Below are positions 18,645 through 27,983 of a stretch of 57,045 bases of DNA, piece by piece. The position numbers were made by a program, and so were the translations under genes. The notes beneath the pieces were generated by a model that saw only the letters and a list, made by a program, of their open reading frames with translations, was not told the DNA's origin and made no database searches. Every line of letters begins with the position of its first letter. Position 1 is the stretch's first letter. Origin of the DNA: Nitrospirota bacterium (GTDB taxonomy: Bacteria; Nitrospirota; Thermodesulfovibrionia; UBA6902); the NCBI GenBank assembly GCA_016222915.1, contig JACRQA010000142.1:1-57045 (forward strand), given 5' to 3'.

Positions 18645-20288
18645 ATGTTTTGTAATCAATGTGAACAGGTATCAAAAGGGGGAGGCTGCATCAAGATCGG
18701 CACATGCGGGAAAAAACCGGACGTCGCCGCGCTGCAGGACCTTCTGGTGTACGCCCTCAAGGGGCTTTCACTTTATGCGATTGAAGGCCGGAAGAGGGGT
18801 GTGATTGACGGTGAGGCTGATGAGTTTGCGGTGAGCGCACTTTTTTCTACGCTTACCAACGTCAACTTTGACGCTGAAAGATTCGTTACTCTCATTAATA
18901 AATGTGTGGAGTTAAGAGAGAGACTGAAGGCGAAGGTCGGGAAGGCAGGCGGACGCACTGATTTTACAGATACCTCGGCTTCATTCGTCCCTGAGAAAAC
19001 AACAGCAGGCATGGTCAGGCAGGGCGAGGCAACTTCAATTACTCCCAGTGAGGTCAATGCAGACATTTCATCCCTGGAGCAGACGACGTTGTACGGTCTC
19101 AAGGGAATTGCAGCATATGCCTATCACGCTCAGGTTCTCGGTCATAAGGATGATGCGGTTTACGCCTATGTTTATGAAGCCCTTAGTTCGATGCTCAATA
19201 AGGAGCTATCCATGGAAGACTGGGTGGCCCTGGCGCTTAAATGCGGAGAGGTCAACCTGAAGGCAATGGAATTACTGGACGCTGCGAATACCGGGAGATA
19301 CGGTCATCCGGTACCCACGGAAGTTCCGTTAGGCGCTAAGAAAGGCAAGGCCATTCTGGTATCCGGCCATGACCTTTATGATCTTGAGGACATATTAAAG
19401 CAGACTGAGGGCAAGGAAATAAATATCTACACTCACGGTGAGATGCTCCCCACGCACGGCTATCCTGAATTAAAGAAATACCCGCACTTCTATGGTCATT
19501 ATGGCACTGCATGGCAGAACCAGCACAAGGAATTCGCGGAATTCCCCGGGGCGATCATCATGACGACCAACTGTCTGCAGAAGCCGCATGACTCTTACAA
19601 GGCAAATGTCTTTACCTGTGGCTTGGTCGGCTGGCCCGGTATCACTCACATTCGGAATCACGATTACACTCCTGCCATTGAAAGGGCGCTCCAGCTCCCG
19701 GGCTTCGCGGAAGATGTTGCCGGCAAAAAGGTCATGACAGGCTTTGCGAGGAATGCGGTCATGAGTGTTGCAGACAAAGTGATCGATGGTGTCAAGAGCG
19801 GAGCCATAAGACATTTTTTCCTCGTAGGCGGATGTGACGGCGCCAAGGCCGGCAGGAATTACTACACGGAGTTTGTGGAGAAGGTCCCGAAAGACTGTGT
19901 GGTGCTTACCCTTGCGTGCGGCAAATTCAGGTTCTTTGACAAGGAGATGGGAGACATCGGCGGCATACCACGTCTGCTTGATATAGGACAGTGTAACGAT
20001 GCCTATTCCGCAATCCAAATTGCAGTTGCTCTCTCCAAGGCATTCGGGGTCGGAGTGAATGAACTGCCCCTGTCAATGGTGCTCTCGTGGTATGAGCAGA
20101 AGGCGGTCGCAATACTGCTGACACTGCTCTACCTTGGTATAAAGGACATTAGACTGGGACCGACGCTGCCATCGTTCCTGACGCCGAATGTGGTGGACTT
20201 TCTTGTACAGAATTACAATATCAAGCCCATCACTACACCTGACGAAGACCTGGCGGCAATTCTTAAAGAAGAGGCTGTTGGAGCTTAA
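18645..20288 (+). CDS. hcp: Hybrid cluster protein (hydroxylamine/NO reductase)
   Basis: MFCNQCEQ...GGCIKIGTCGK N-terminal Cys cluster. Length 547 aa and overall Hcp-like sequence. Confidence 0.95.
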   Translation: MFCNQCEQVSKGGGCIKIGTCGKKPDVAALQDLLVYALKGLSLYAIEGRKRGVIDGEADEFAVSALFSTLTNVNFDAERFVTLINKCVELRERLKAKVGKAGGRTDFTDTSASFVPEKTTAGMVRQGEATSITPSEVNADISSLEQTTLYGLKGIAAYAYHAQVLGHKDDAVYAYVYEALSSMLNKELSMEDWVALALKCGEVNLKAMELLDAANTGRYGHPVPTEVPLGAKKGKAILVSGHDLYDLEDILKQTEGKEINIYTHGEMLPTHGYPELKKYPHFYGHYGTAWQNQHKEFAEFPGAIIMTTNCLQKPHDSYKANVFTCGLVGWPGITHIRNHDYTPAIERALQLPGFAEDVAGKKVMTGFARNAVMSVADKVIDGVKSGAIRHFFLVGGCDGAKAGRNYYTEFVEKVPKDCVVLTLACGKFRFFDKEMGDIGGIPRLLDIGQCNDAYSAIQIAVALSKAFGVGVNELPLSMVLSWYEQKAVAILLTLLYLGIKDIRLGPTLPSFLTPNVVDFLVQNYNIKPITTPDEDLAAILKEEAVGA

Positions 20289-20301
20289 TCGCAATATGAG
20301 A

Positions 20302-20323
20302 GGGGGGAAGACATCTTCCCCCC
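20302..20323 (+). terminator. GC-rich hairpin after hcp
   Basis: GGGGGGAAG-ACAT-CTTCCCCCC, 14 nt after the hcp stop. Only a short T-run follows. Confidence 0.5.
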
Positions 20324-20405
20324 TTAACTGCCTGTCAACGTGATCATAAAAACAATTTTCCCTTCATGTTTGTAACTCATACCGGTTATTTCGTAAAATA
20401 ACCGC

Positions 20406-20690
20406 ATGATATTGTCCGGTCTGAAAACAAAATCAGCAAAGGAACGTCTGTTGCCGTACATTTATTTATCGATGGTCGTCATCGTGTTCTCAATGCTGTC
20501 GGTCGTAGTGATAATGCTTTTGACCGGCTCGTTGCATGTAATCAACTCCCGTTATTTTCATTTTGAGTATATCAACATCGTTACAATAACCATTGCGGCA
20601 GTTATCGTTGCAACGGCACTTCTGTTTTTTCTGAAGAAGTTTAAAAAAATCTTCCGGTTTATTGAAGAGCAGGTCATGCGCAGGACATGA
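20406..20690 (+). CDS. Small two-TM membrane protein, hypothetical
   Basis: 94-aa ORF with two hydrophobic spans. ATGA overlap with lgt. Confidence 0.45.
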   Translation: MILSGLKTKSAKERLLPYIYLSMVVIVFSMLSVVVIMLLTGSLHVINSRYFHFEYINIVTITIAAVIVATALLFFLKKFKKIFRFIEEQVMRRT

Positions 20691-21532
20691 ATACTTTTAT
20701 TGATTTCTGGCAGCACATCCCCGAGAACATAAAACCGTACATTTTTCAGATAGGGCAATTCCAGCTCCGTTATTACGGTCTGATGTATATCGTCGCCTTT
20801 TCCGTCCTGTACTTCCTCTCTTTTTACAGGATGAAGACTGAAGGGTATGATTACCCTAAAACCGCGGTTGAAAATTATTTTGTATGGGCCATACTGGGAC
20901 TTATGATCGGGGCCAGGCTAGGGTATGTGATATTTTATAATTTGAATTATTACATATCGTACCCGCTGGAAATATTCCTCCCCTTCAGCTTCAGCGGAGG
21001 ATTTCACTTTACAGGCCTTGCCGGTATGTCCTATCACGGAGGATTAATAGGCGCTATAACGTCTACTGTTTTTTTCTGCAGAAAATACAAAATAGAATTA
21101 TGGAAATTTGGAGACTTCCTGGTCCCGTCGATACCGCTTGGTTATACATTCGGACGTATCGGCAATTTTATAAACGGCGAGCTTTACGGACGCACTACGA
21201 CTGTGCCGTGGGGCATGTATTTCCCCCTTGATACTTCGGGGCAGCTCAGGCACCCGTCGCAGCTCTATGAGGCATTTCTGGAAGGTATTCTCCTTTTTAT
21301 CATTCTCTGGAGCATCAGAAAGAAAAAGGCCTTTGACGGTTTTTTCTTTTCTCTGTATATCATCGGCTACGGAACAGTCCGTTTCTTTATTGAAATGCTG
21401 CGCGAGCCCGACCCTCAAATCGGGTATGTGTTCGGTATCATAACCCTGGGTCAGATACTCTGCCTTTGCATGATATTCGCGGGTATCGGCCTTTATTTTT
21501 TCAGAAGGTACAGGCAACTGAAGACAAAATAA
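20687..21532 (+). CDS. lgt: Prolipoprotein diacylglyceryl transferase
   Basis: GRIGNFINGELYGR signature. YHGGLIG and HPSQLYE motifs. Confidence 0.9.
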   Translation: MNTFIDFWQHIPENIKPYIFQIGQFQLRYYGLMYIVAFSVLYFLSFYRMKTEGYDYPKTAVENYFVWAILGLMIGARLGYVIFYNLNYYISYPLEIFLPFSFSGGFHFTGLAGMSYHGGLIGAITSTVFFCRKYKIELWKFGDFLVPSIPLGYTFGRIGNFINGELYGRTTTVPWGMYFPLDTSGQLRHPSQLYEAFLEGILLFIILWSIRKKKAFDGFFFSLYIIGYGTVRFFIEMLREPDPQIGYVFGIITLGQILCLCMIFAGIGLYFFRRYRQLKTK

Positions 21533-21595
21533 AGTGTGTGTTATAATTGTGCAGCATTATTAATAATCCGCAATAATATTTAAAGGAGACAGCGC

Positions 21596-22024
21596 ATGCC
21601 GGCAAAAAATGGAGACAAGGTGAAAGTCCATTATACTCTGAAGGACATAAATGGGAATGTAGTTGAATCGTCTATAAAGGACATGCCCATAGAATTTACT
21701 ATAGGTGAGGGAAAGGTCATAGCTGGCTTTGAGAAAAATATTATCGGCATGAACCCTGCAGACACTAAAACAGTGACAATCCCCCCTGAAGACGCTTATG
21801 GGACACGCGATGAGAAAAAGGTCTTTGAGTATGACAAAAAGAATGCGCCCGGAGACTTTGAACCCCAGATCGGACAATCAATCCAGATGCACAGGCCGGA
21901 TGGTAAATCATTCGTTGTGACCGTGCTGGGAAGGACGGATAAAGGTTTTAAAATGGATGCTAATCATCCACTGGCAGGGAAAGAGCTTATCTTTGATCTG
22001 GAGCTTGTCGAAATCGTGAAATAA
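21596..22024 (+). CDS. FKBP-type peptidyl-prolyl isomerase with insert-in-flap domain (SlyD/FkpB-like)
   Basis: [12 protein letters not shown]...[16 protein letters not shown]...[17 protein letters not shown]. Confidence 0.85.
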   Translation: MPAKNGDKVKVHYTLKDINGNVVESSIKDMPIEFTIGEGKVIAGFEKNIIGMNPADTKTVTIPPEDAYGTRDEKKVFEYDKKNAPGDFEPQIGQSIQMHRPDGKSFVVTVLGRTDKGFKMDANHPLAGKELIFDLELVEIVK

Positions 22025-22074
22025 AAATTGTAGGGCCAATTCATAAATTGTCCCTGCAGGGAGCGATAATTAAT

Positions 22075-22875
22075 ATGTCGACCTTTACCATTCATGACTT
22101 TCTAAAAAAGAAAAAAGACGGGAAAAAAATCACCATGCTCACAGCATATGATTATCCCTTTGCCCGTATTGTGGACGAGGCTGGGATAGACGCGATACTC
22201 GTCGGGGACTCGCTGGGCATGGTTGTTCAGGGGCTGGAGAACACGTTGCCGGTGACCATGGATGAAATGATCTATCACGCCAAGATGGTTTCCAGGGCAG
22301 TTAAAAATGCAATGGTAATCGGAGATATGCCCTTCATGTCGTATCAGGCAGGGATTGACGATGCATTAAGAAATGCGGGAAGGTTTCTCAAGGAGGCAGG
22401 CGCGGCTGCCATCAAAATGGAGGGGGGCGCTGAGATAGTTAATCACATCAGGGCCATGACAAAATCCGACATCCCGGTTATGGCACACATAGGCCTCACG
22501 CCGCAGTCGATCCACAGGATGGGCGGCTACAAAGTCCAGGGCAGGACTGAAGAAGCTGCAAATAAATTAATTGAGGAAGCCCATATGGCAGAAGATGCAG
22601 GCGCTTTTTCTCTGATTTTGGAAGCCATACCTTTGAATCTCGCAAAAAAAATATCGGAAGAGCTTTCAATCCCTACAATCGGTATCGGTGCAGGTCCGTA
22701 TTGCGACGGACAGGTGCTTGTATTGCATGACGTAATAGGCCTGTTCGACAGGTTTGTCCCCAAATTTGTAAAAAGATACTCATATGTTAAGGAAGATGTG
22801 TTAAAGGCAATAATGACTTACAGGGACGAGATCGAGCAGGGAGTATTTCCTTCGGAGGAGCAGAGTTTTAAATAG
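22075..22875 (+). CDS. panB: 3-methyl-2-oxobutanoate hydroxymethyltransferase
   Basis: [18 protein letters not shown] and [14 protein letters not shown] motifs. ATG 22075 is preferred over the track's TTG 22048. Confidence 0.9.
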   Translation: MSTFTIHDFLKKKKDGKKITMLTAYDYPFARIVDEAGIDAILVGDSLGMVVQGLENTLPVTMDEMIYHAKMVSRAVKNAMVIGDMPFMSYQAGIDDALRNAGRFLKEAGAAAIKMEGGAEIVNHIRAMTKSDIPVMAHIGLTPQSIHRMGGYKVQGRTEEAANKLIEEAHMAEDAGAFSLILEAIPLNLAKKISEELSIPTIGIGAGPYCDGQVLVLHDVIGLFDRFVPKFVKRYSYVKEDVLKAIMTYRDEIEQGVFPSEEQSFK

Positions 22876-22966
22876 TGTCTGATTTCACTGTCTATCAACG
22901 GCAGTAGATATAATATATTTTAAAAAGAACCGTTATGTTGTAATCGTATATTTATCTGCCGTGTGG

Positions 22967-23503
22967 TTAGTAATACCACCATGGATCATACGGCCGGTAC
23001 CTGTAATACCAGTACGGATAAGGCGGGGGCATATAATAGTAATAATAATCCGTCTTTTTCATCTCTTCCCACAGATAGATTCCTTTAATCTCAAAAAGGG
23101 GATAGTCATATTCCATTTCTCCGATCTTCCCTTTGCGTATCTCAATAAATTCAGCAGCAAGAGAAATCTCTCTTTTTTCCCTGAAGATAAGAGGGTCCAA
23201 TATCTCCCGGCTTTTGTATATTGCAAGAAAACGGCCGCCTGAAGTCTTATAGCTTTTTAAATAGCCCAGTGAATCTACCGGGACAAAAATAGCTTCTATG
23301 ATGGAGCCATCTTTTGTTGTCTCTGCTTTTACGATTATACCGCCGAATATGAATAGACGGCCCTTATAAGATGCGGGGTCCTGCTTAATCTCAGAAAGCC
23401 CTTCATTAAAGGTCCCATTACTTAATAAATTCTTGCTTAGGACAGGGGCGCATGAAGTAATTAATAAAGCGGCAAAAAGCAATGTAAGATAATATTTTCT
23501 CAT
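22967..23503 (-). CDS. Slp-family outer-membrane lipoprotein
   Basis: Lipobox LITSC. Slp-like core (YKGRLFIFGGIIV...GRFLAIY...LDP...). Tyr/Trp/Pro-rich C-terminal tail. Confidence 0.75.
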   Translation of the reverse strand: MRKYYLTLLFAALLITSCAPVLSKNLLSNGTFNEGLSEIKQDPASYKGRLFIFGGIIVKAETTKDGSIIEAIFVPVDSLGYLKSYKTSGGRFLAIYKSREILDPLIFREKREISLAAEFIEIRKGKIGEMEYDYPLFEIKGIYLWEEMKKTDYYYYYMPPPYPYWYYRYRPYDPWWYY

Positions 23504-23625
23504 AGATCAACTGTAACAATGAACTGAATTGTTTAGTCTGCAATCTATATTAAGTATATCAGAAGGGTAACTTACGTCAAGTAGCAGAAGATTTAAGCGG
23601 AATTGCAGTACGATTTGTAATCGAT

Positions 23626-25701
23626 TCAGTTGAGGATAAAATTGCTGATTGTCACCGTGCCGTCAATGGCATTCGTAGTTCCGTTGATCGTTGTGTTGCC
23701 GGTGACGGATAAATAATCACAATCATAACCGCCTTCAAGTGTCACTGTTTTATTGAGATGGAATTCGGGATTTTCTGTAATCATAATTCCCCGGCTCTGA
23801 ATAGTATCTCCTTCTGTTGCAGAGTTGTATGCCCCCTGAAGTGTATTGAAATATTCAGGCACAGCACCCGCAATCCTGACAGGCAGATTTGGACATGTCT
23901 CAGATGATACAGTTATATAATATGGCCTGTTCAGGGTATTTATGCTTCCATCGGAATCCGTCACTGTCAATGTCACGGAGTATGTTCCGGGGTCATTGTA
24001 AGAATGAATCGGATTCTGATCCGTTGAATCAACAATGCCGTTATCATCAAAATCCCATTCATAAGTTAAAGGCTGATCATAGCCGGTTGAAGTATTTATG
24101 AAATTTACTGTGAGGGGTCCTGCGCCATTGACCGGATCACCTTCAAAATTCGCTGAAGGAATGCTGTCTGATATTGCAGCCGAGGTTATTGCCTCGTCTG
24201 TATTATACCCTTCATCGGTTACGCGCAATTTTATTGCATACGTACCCTGAGATACATAAACATGATTCTGAGTTGGAGATGCGGTATCGTATTCATAAGA
24301 ATCTGAGATGCCGTCAAAGTCGATATCCCACTGATAACGGACCAATCCTCCACTGGAATTAGAAGCGTTGAGGAGGATCGACTGCCCTTCAATGGCAGAA
24401 TACGCACCCCCGGGATTGACTATTGGCGGGTTTGATAAGACATTAAGAGTAACCGCTATATCTTCAGCAGCCCCTGAATCGGAACGAACAGTTACAGTGC
24501 CTGCGTATATATTCGGAGAAAGACCGGTCATGTTTATACCTATCCCTAAATTAAAGACTCCTGTAGCATCCAATGAGCCGGAAATATCTGATAGAGTTAT
24601 CCAATTGTCGTCAGTGTTAGCTGTCCACTCAAGGGTCCTCGTGCCGTTATTTCTTATTTCTACATTCTGGGACGATGGATCATTACCATACTGCTGCCCC
24701 TGAAAATTAAGAGACAGAGGAGTCAGTTGCATATTTGTGTAGGGTACAATGCCGTATATTTCTACTTTCCCTGTTTGGAGAGAGGCTATAAATAATCTGT
24801 TACTATTACTTCTAGCTATTCCCATCGGTGTCCTCATAGGATTGGCGATGTCTGTTATTTTTCCGCAATAATTGGCAATGCCATTAACATTGCAATCACT
24901 GTGATAAACATAAATGATATGATACATCGACTCGGTTACATATATCCTTCCTGATTCATCTATTTCTATCCCTTGAGGCTTGTTCATTTTGCCTTCAATA
25001 TCACCATATTCTCCAAAACTTGTAAGCAAAGTCCAGTTTGAACCGCTGACTTGAAAAACCTGTATTCTTGCGCCCTTCAATGTGCCGGATGGCCCTGATA
25101 TTATGGGGTGGTCAAGTATAAGAATCTGCTGTGTTGTTTTATCTATCACAATTGATGAAGGATAGGCAAACTGACCGCTTCCGTTTGATGGACATCCAAA
25201 ACAATAATGATAGCTGCCATCAGGTAAAAAAACTTCTACTTGATTCTGGATATAATCAACTACATAAACATTTCCGTTGTTGTCAATATCGATCGAACTG
25301 GGCTGGGTAAATTCTCCATTACCCGAACCAAGCTTATGCAAGAATATTAAATCAGCATTATAAACTTCAACATCTCCAATATTCTTGTTGCCAATATAAA
25401 TAATCCCAGCATTGTCTACTGCAACACTGATGGGTTTTTGAAGACCTATCAAGGTTGTTACGTATTGACCGCTCTGACTGAATTTAAGAAGCCGGTTATT
25501 TACTGATTCAACGACATACACATTTTCGAAAGCATCGAGCGCAACATCTGTAGGGGAATTTACAATTGAGGAAATAGGATTAAGTCTGGCACAATCCGGC
25601 ATAACAATTTGAGCAAAACATTCATCTTTGATAAGAAAAAAACATAACATCAAGAAATATGATATTAACAAATGTGTATTATTGATTCGTTCCAACTTCA
25701 T
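23626..25701 (-). CDS. Secreted NHL-repeat protein with two PKD domains
   Basis: Signal peptide. NHL-like repeats (NVYVVESVNNRLLKF, NVYVVDYIQNQVEVF, RIYVTESMYHIIYVY). PKD motifs (WDIDFDG...YAIKLRVTDEG; WDFDDNG...YSVTLTVTDSDG). Confidence 0.8.
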   Translation of the reverse strand: MKLERINNTHLLISYFLMLCFFLIKDECFAQIVMPDCARLNPISSIVNSPTDVALDAFENVYVVESVNNRLLKFSQSGQYVTTLIGLQKPISVAVDNAGIIYIGNKNIGDVEVYNADLIFLHKLGSGNGEFTQPSSIDIDNNGNVYVVDYIQNQVEVFLPDGSYHYCFGCPSNGSGQFAYPSSIVIDKTTQQILILDHPIISGPSGTLKGARIQVFQVSGSNWTLLTSFGEYGDIEGKMNKPQGIEIDESGRIYVTESMYHIIYVYHSDCNVNGIANYCGKITDIANPMRTPMGIARSNSNRLFIASLQTGKVEIYGIVPYTNMQLTPLSLNFQGQQYGNDPSSQNVEIRNNGTRTLEWTANTDDNWITLSDISGSLDATGVFNLGIGINMTGLSPNIYAGTVTVRSDSGAAEDIAVTLNVLSNPPIVNPGGAYSAIEGQSILLNASNSSGGLVRYQWDIDFDGISDSYEYDTASPTQNHVYVSQGTYAIKLRVTDEGYNTDEAITSAAISDSIPSANFEGDPVNGAGPLTVNFINTSTGYDQPLTYEWDFDDNGIVDSTDQNPIHSYNDPGTYSVTLTVTDSDGSINTLNRPYYITVSSETCPNLPVRIAGAVPEYFNTLQGAYNSATEGDTIQSRGIMITENPEFHLNKTVTLEGGYDCDYLSVTGNTTINGTTNAIDGTVTISNFILN

Positions 25702-26817
25702 TTCAAGTTCCTCAGTATCAAGGGAAATATATCAATATATAATCGCATGCGCTACAATAAATTTCTATTAAACATTTCCATTGTTCCCTGATGTAATGAT
25801 AATATTTATATTAATAAAGCAAGAAAGATACCATTTAAGAATGATTATAACCTTATGAAAATAAAGATAAAGATAATCTACTCATGAAGTGAGGGTGAAA
25901 AAAACCTCATCCTATGAGGGGTTTTACTCATTGATTTGCCGTAGGTATAAAGTATTTATTCTCAGTAATCATAACTACAGTACTAAGCGGAAAATAACTT
26001 AATAGCAGATGATATTCGTGATGTAAATAACTATCATTATGAAATGATAAATTAATTGACATATTGCCTTCTGTAATGAATCAGTGTTTTGATATTTGAA
26101 GTTCCTTATTGACAAATAACAGGCTGTAATGATAATGTTTTTATTGGTAACCTAATTATTCAGAATGATAATTCAATAGTGATAAATATATTAACACAAA
26201 TAAGGTTTCTGATGACAAAGTTACGATGTATTAACTGTTAAAGTAAATGACGAATTGCAAATATATTATTTGTTTATGTGAGGGAAGATGTTTTTTTAAC
26301 TAAAATCCCTAAGATAACAAAGTGGTTCATTGTGAAGTAAGGAAACTCAAGGATATTTAATAAGTTACAAGTTGCTGAGAGATAATCTATGCTAAATTCA
26401 GAAAATAGAGTACAATATACCTTTAACGCTTCGAAATCTGTGTAAACCAAAAGGAGTAATAAACGAATAGTAATGACTTAAGTAATGATAAGAACGGTTG
26501 ATGTAGTTTTGATAAATAATGCATTGTCATAGTTACTAGAACTTAGTGAATTATGATTAACTCATTAACAGTTTCTCATGTCTTATAATATTAATTGGGT
26601 TTAATAAGAGAGCTTAAGGTTTCATTTGTTTATTCCGATGAATGCTATAAATTATATAAACATACGATTGTGGAAAATTGTTAGATTTGAAGTAGATATT
26701 TTTTTTATTTTCTGCTGCGATATCAGTAATATTTTTTTAGGAAATAGTGATTAGTTAATAAAATTCGGTTACTTAAGTGTGACTGAAAAAGCGGAGCAGT
26801 GTCTATTTAATAACTAA
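25702..26817. promoter_or_regulatory. 1.1-kb ORF-free, very AT-rich divergent control region between the NHL/PKD gene and the EPS export genes
   Basis: No ORF of 60 aa or more on either strand. A hand count of line 26161 gives 15/60 G+C. Reiterated GTAATGA(T)AA motifs. TTGACA elements at 26056 and 26109. Hairpin terminator at 25905-25919. Confidence 0.6.
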
Positions 26818-27930
26818 ATGAGGATTCAACTTAACATTGATCATATTCAGCATTACCTCAAATCTTTAAGAATGTTTTCCAGATATATTTCCATGTGCTT
26901 GGGTATTCTTAGCATGTTGTCATGTGTTGGAAATGATGTTGTAAAGTCAGAGTCCTCATTTGAATCTGCTCCTTCCCATATATCTTCTGAAAGCGTAATC
27001 GGTGGCACTGGTTCATTTGACCCATTGATAGTTGATAAAAAAATATTAACGGCTTCTTCTAAAGATGTAAATAACAACTTACCCTCTTCTGAGACGTCTA
27101 TTGCATCAGGATATAAGGGGGATTATATTATTGGTCCTGAGGATCTTGTCGAAATAAATGTTTATCAGGTAGAAGAATTAAATCGGACTGCAAGGGTCAG
27201 CTCTAGCGGTCATATCAAATTGCCCCTAGCCGGTACGATAAAGGCATCAGGTCTTACCGCGCCTGAATTGGAAAGCGAACTAAGTAAAAGACTTCAACAA
27301 TATCTTCAGGAGCCGATAGTCAGTGTATTTATTAAGGAATACAGGAGCCAGAGCATAACTGTTCTGGGGGCCGTTATAACACCTCAGGTTTATATTGTGA
27401 CACGTCAGAAGTTTTTAATTGATATGATATCTATGTCTGGTGGGCTTACAAAAGATGCTGGAGATATTTGCTATGTAAGACGGGGGAATGAGACTATTAT
27501 AGTGAATATTAAGGATTTATTAGTTGGAGGAGATATGAGATTGAATATACCTGTTTTTTCTGGGGATCTCATTCATGTTCCTGTGGGAGGAGTTATATTT
27601 GTTGACGGTTCGGTGAATAATCCAGGATCATTTACTATGCAAGGAACAATAACCTTGACTCAGGCTATTGCTATGGCAAAAGGATTTAAATATGAAGCAA
27701 TTAGGGATGAGATTAAAGTATATAGGGATACGGGGAAGGACACAAGAGACATAATCGATATTGATTATGATGCAATCCTAGAAAAGAAATCTCCGGATAT
27801 TTTCTTAAAGGACAAAGACGTTTTAATCGTTCCCAAAAGCGGTGTTAAAGGCTTTTGGAACGGATTTGTCCAATCACTTACCGGGGCCTTTAGGTTTGGA
27901 AGTAGCGTTTCGGTTGGAGCAGGTTTATAA
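26818..27930 (+). CDS. wza: Polysaccharide export outer-membrane protein (Wza-like OPX)
   Basis: Poly_export-type motif (YIIGPEDLVEINVYQVEELN...SSSGHIKLPLAGTIKASGLTAPELESELSKRL) followed by SLBB-like repeats. The internal ATG 26872 gives a lipobox (LSMLSC) and may be the true start. Confidence 0.85.
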   Translation: MRIQLNIDHIQHYLKSLRMFSRYISMCLGILSMLSCVGNDVVKSESSFESAPSHISSESVIGGTGSFDPLIVDKKILTASSKDVNNNLPSSETSIASGYKGDYIIGPEDLVEINVYQVEELNRTARVSSSGHIKLPLAGTIKASGLTAPELESELSKRLQQYLQEPIVSVFIKEYRSQSITVLGAVITPQVYIVTRQKFLIDMISMSGGLTKDAGDICYVRRGNETIIVNIKDLLVGGDMRLNIPVFSGDLIHVPVGGVIFVDGSVNNPGSFTMQGTITLTQAIAMAKGFKYEAIRDEIKVYRDTGKDTRDIIDIDYDAILEKKSPDIFLKDKDVLIVPKSGVKGFWNGFVQSLTGAFRFGSSVSVGAGL

Positions 27931-27983
27931 AAGAGGTTTTATATTAGCTTGAACCATCAATTTAATATATTAAGGAAAGAATC

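Noticed and set aside
22026-22062. Possible third copy of the 6182/9701 dispersed element (TGTAGGGCC-AATTCATAAATTG-TCCCTGCAGGGA after the FKBP gene).
   Set aside because: Similarity is limited to the short flanks (TGTAGGG / CCCT.C.GGGA), the core differs completely, and the second hairpin is absent. It is more simply an independent terminator-like hairpin.
22967-23050. Extreme Tyr/Trp/Pro-rich C-terminal tail (DYYYYYMPPPYPYWYYRYRPYDPWWYY) of the Slp-like lipoprotein as a novelty.
   Set aside because: Slp-family proteins, E. coli Slp included as I recall, already end in an aromatic/Pro-rich tail. This looks like an exaggerated family trait rather than a new feature.
25855-25887. Mini-ORF MKIKIKIIYS* just upstream of the intergenic hairpin as a leader peptide.
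   Set aside because: It has no RBS, only 10 codons of AT-rich repeat-like sequence, and nothing distinguishes it from chance.
26231-26575. 9-nt inverted match (AACTGTTAA / TTAACAGTT) ~330 bp apart in the AT-rich spacer as borders of an invertible promoter.
   Set aside because: A 9-mer inverted match is expected by chance in 1.1 kb of AT-rich DNA, and no site-specific recombinase gene is present in the window.
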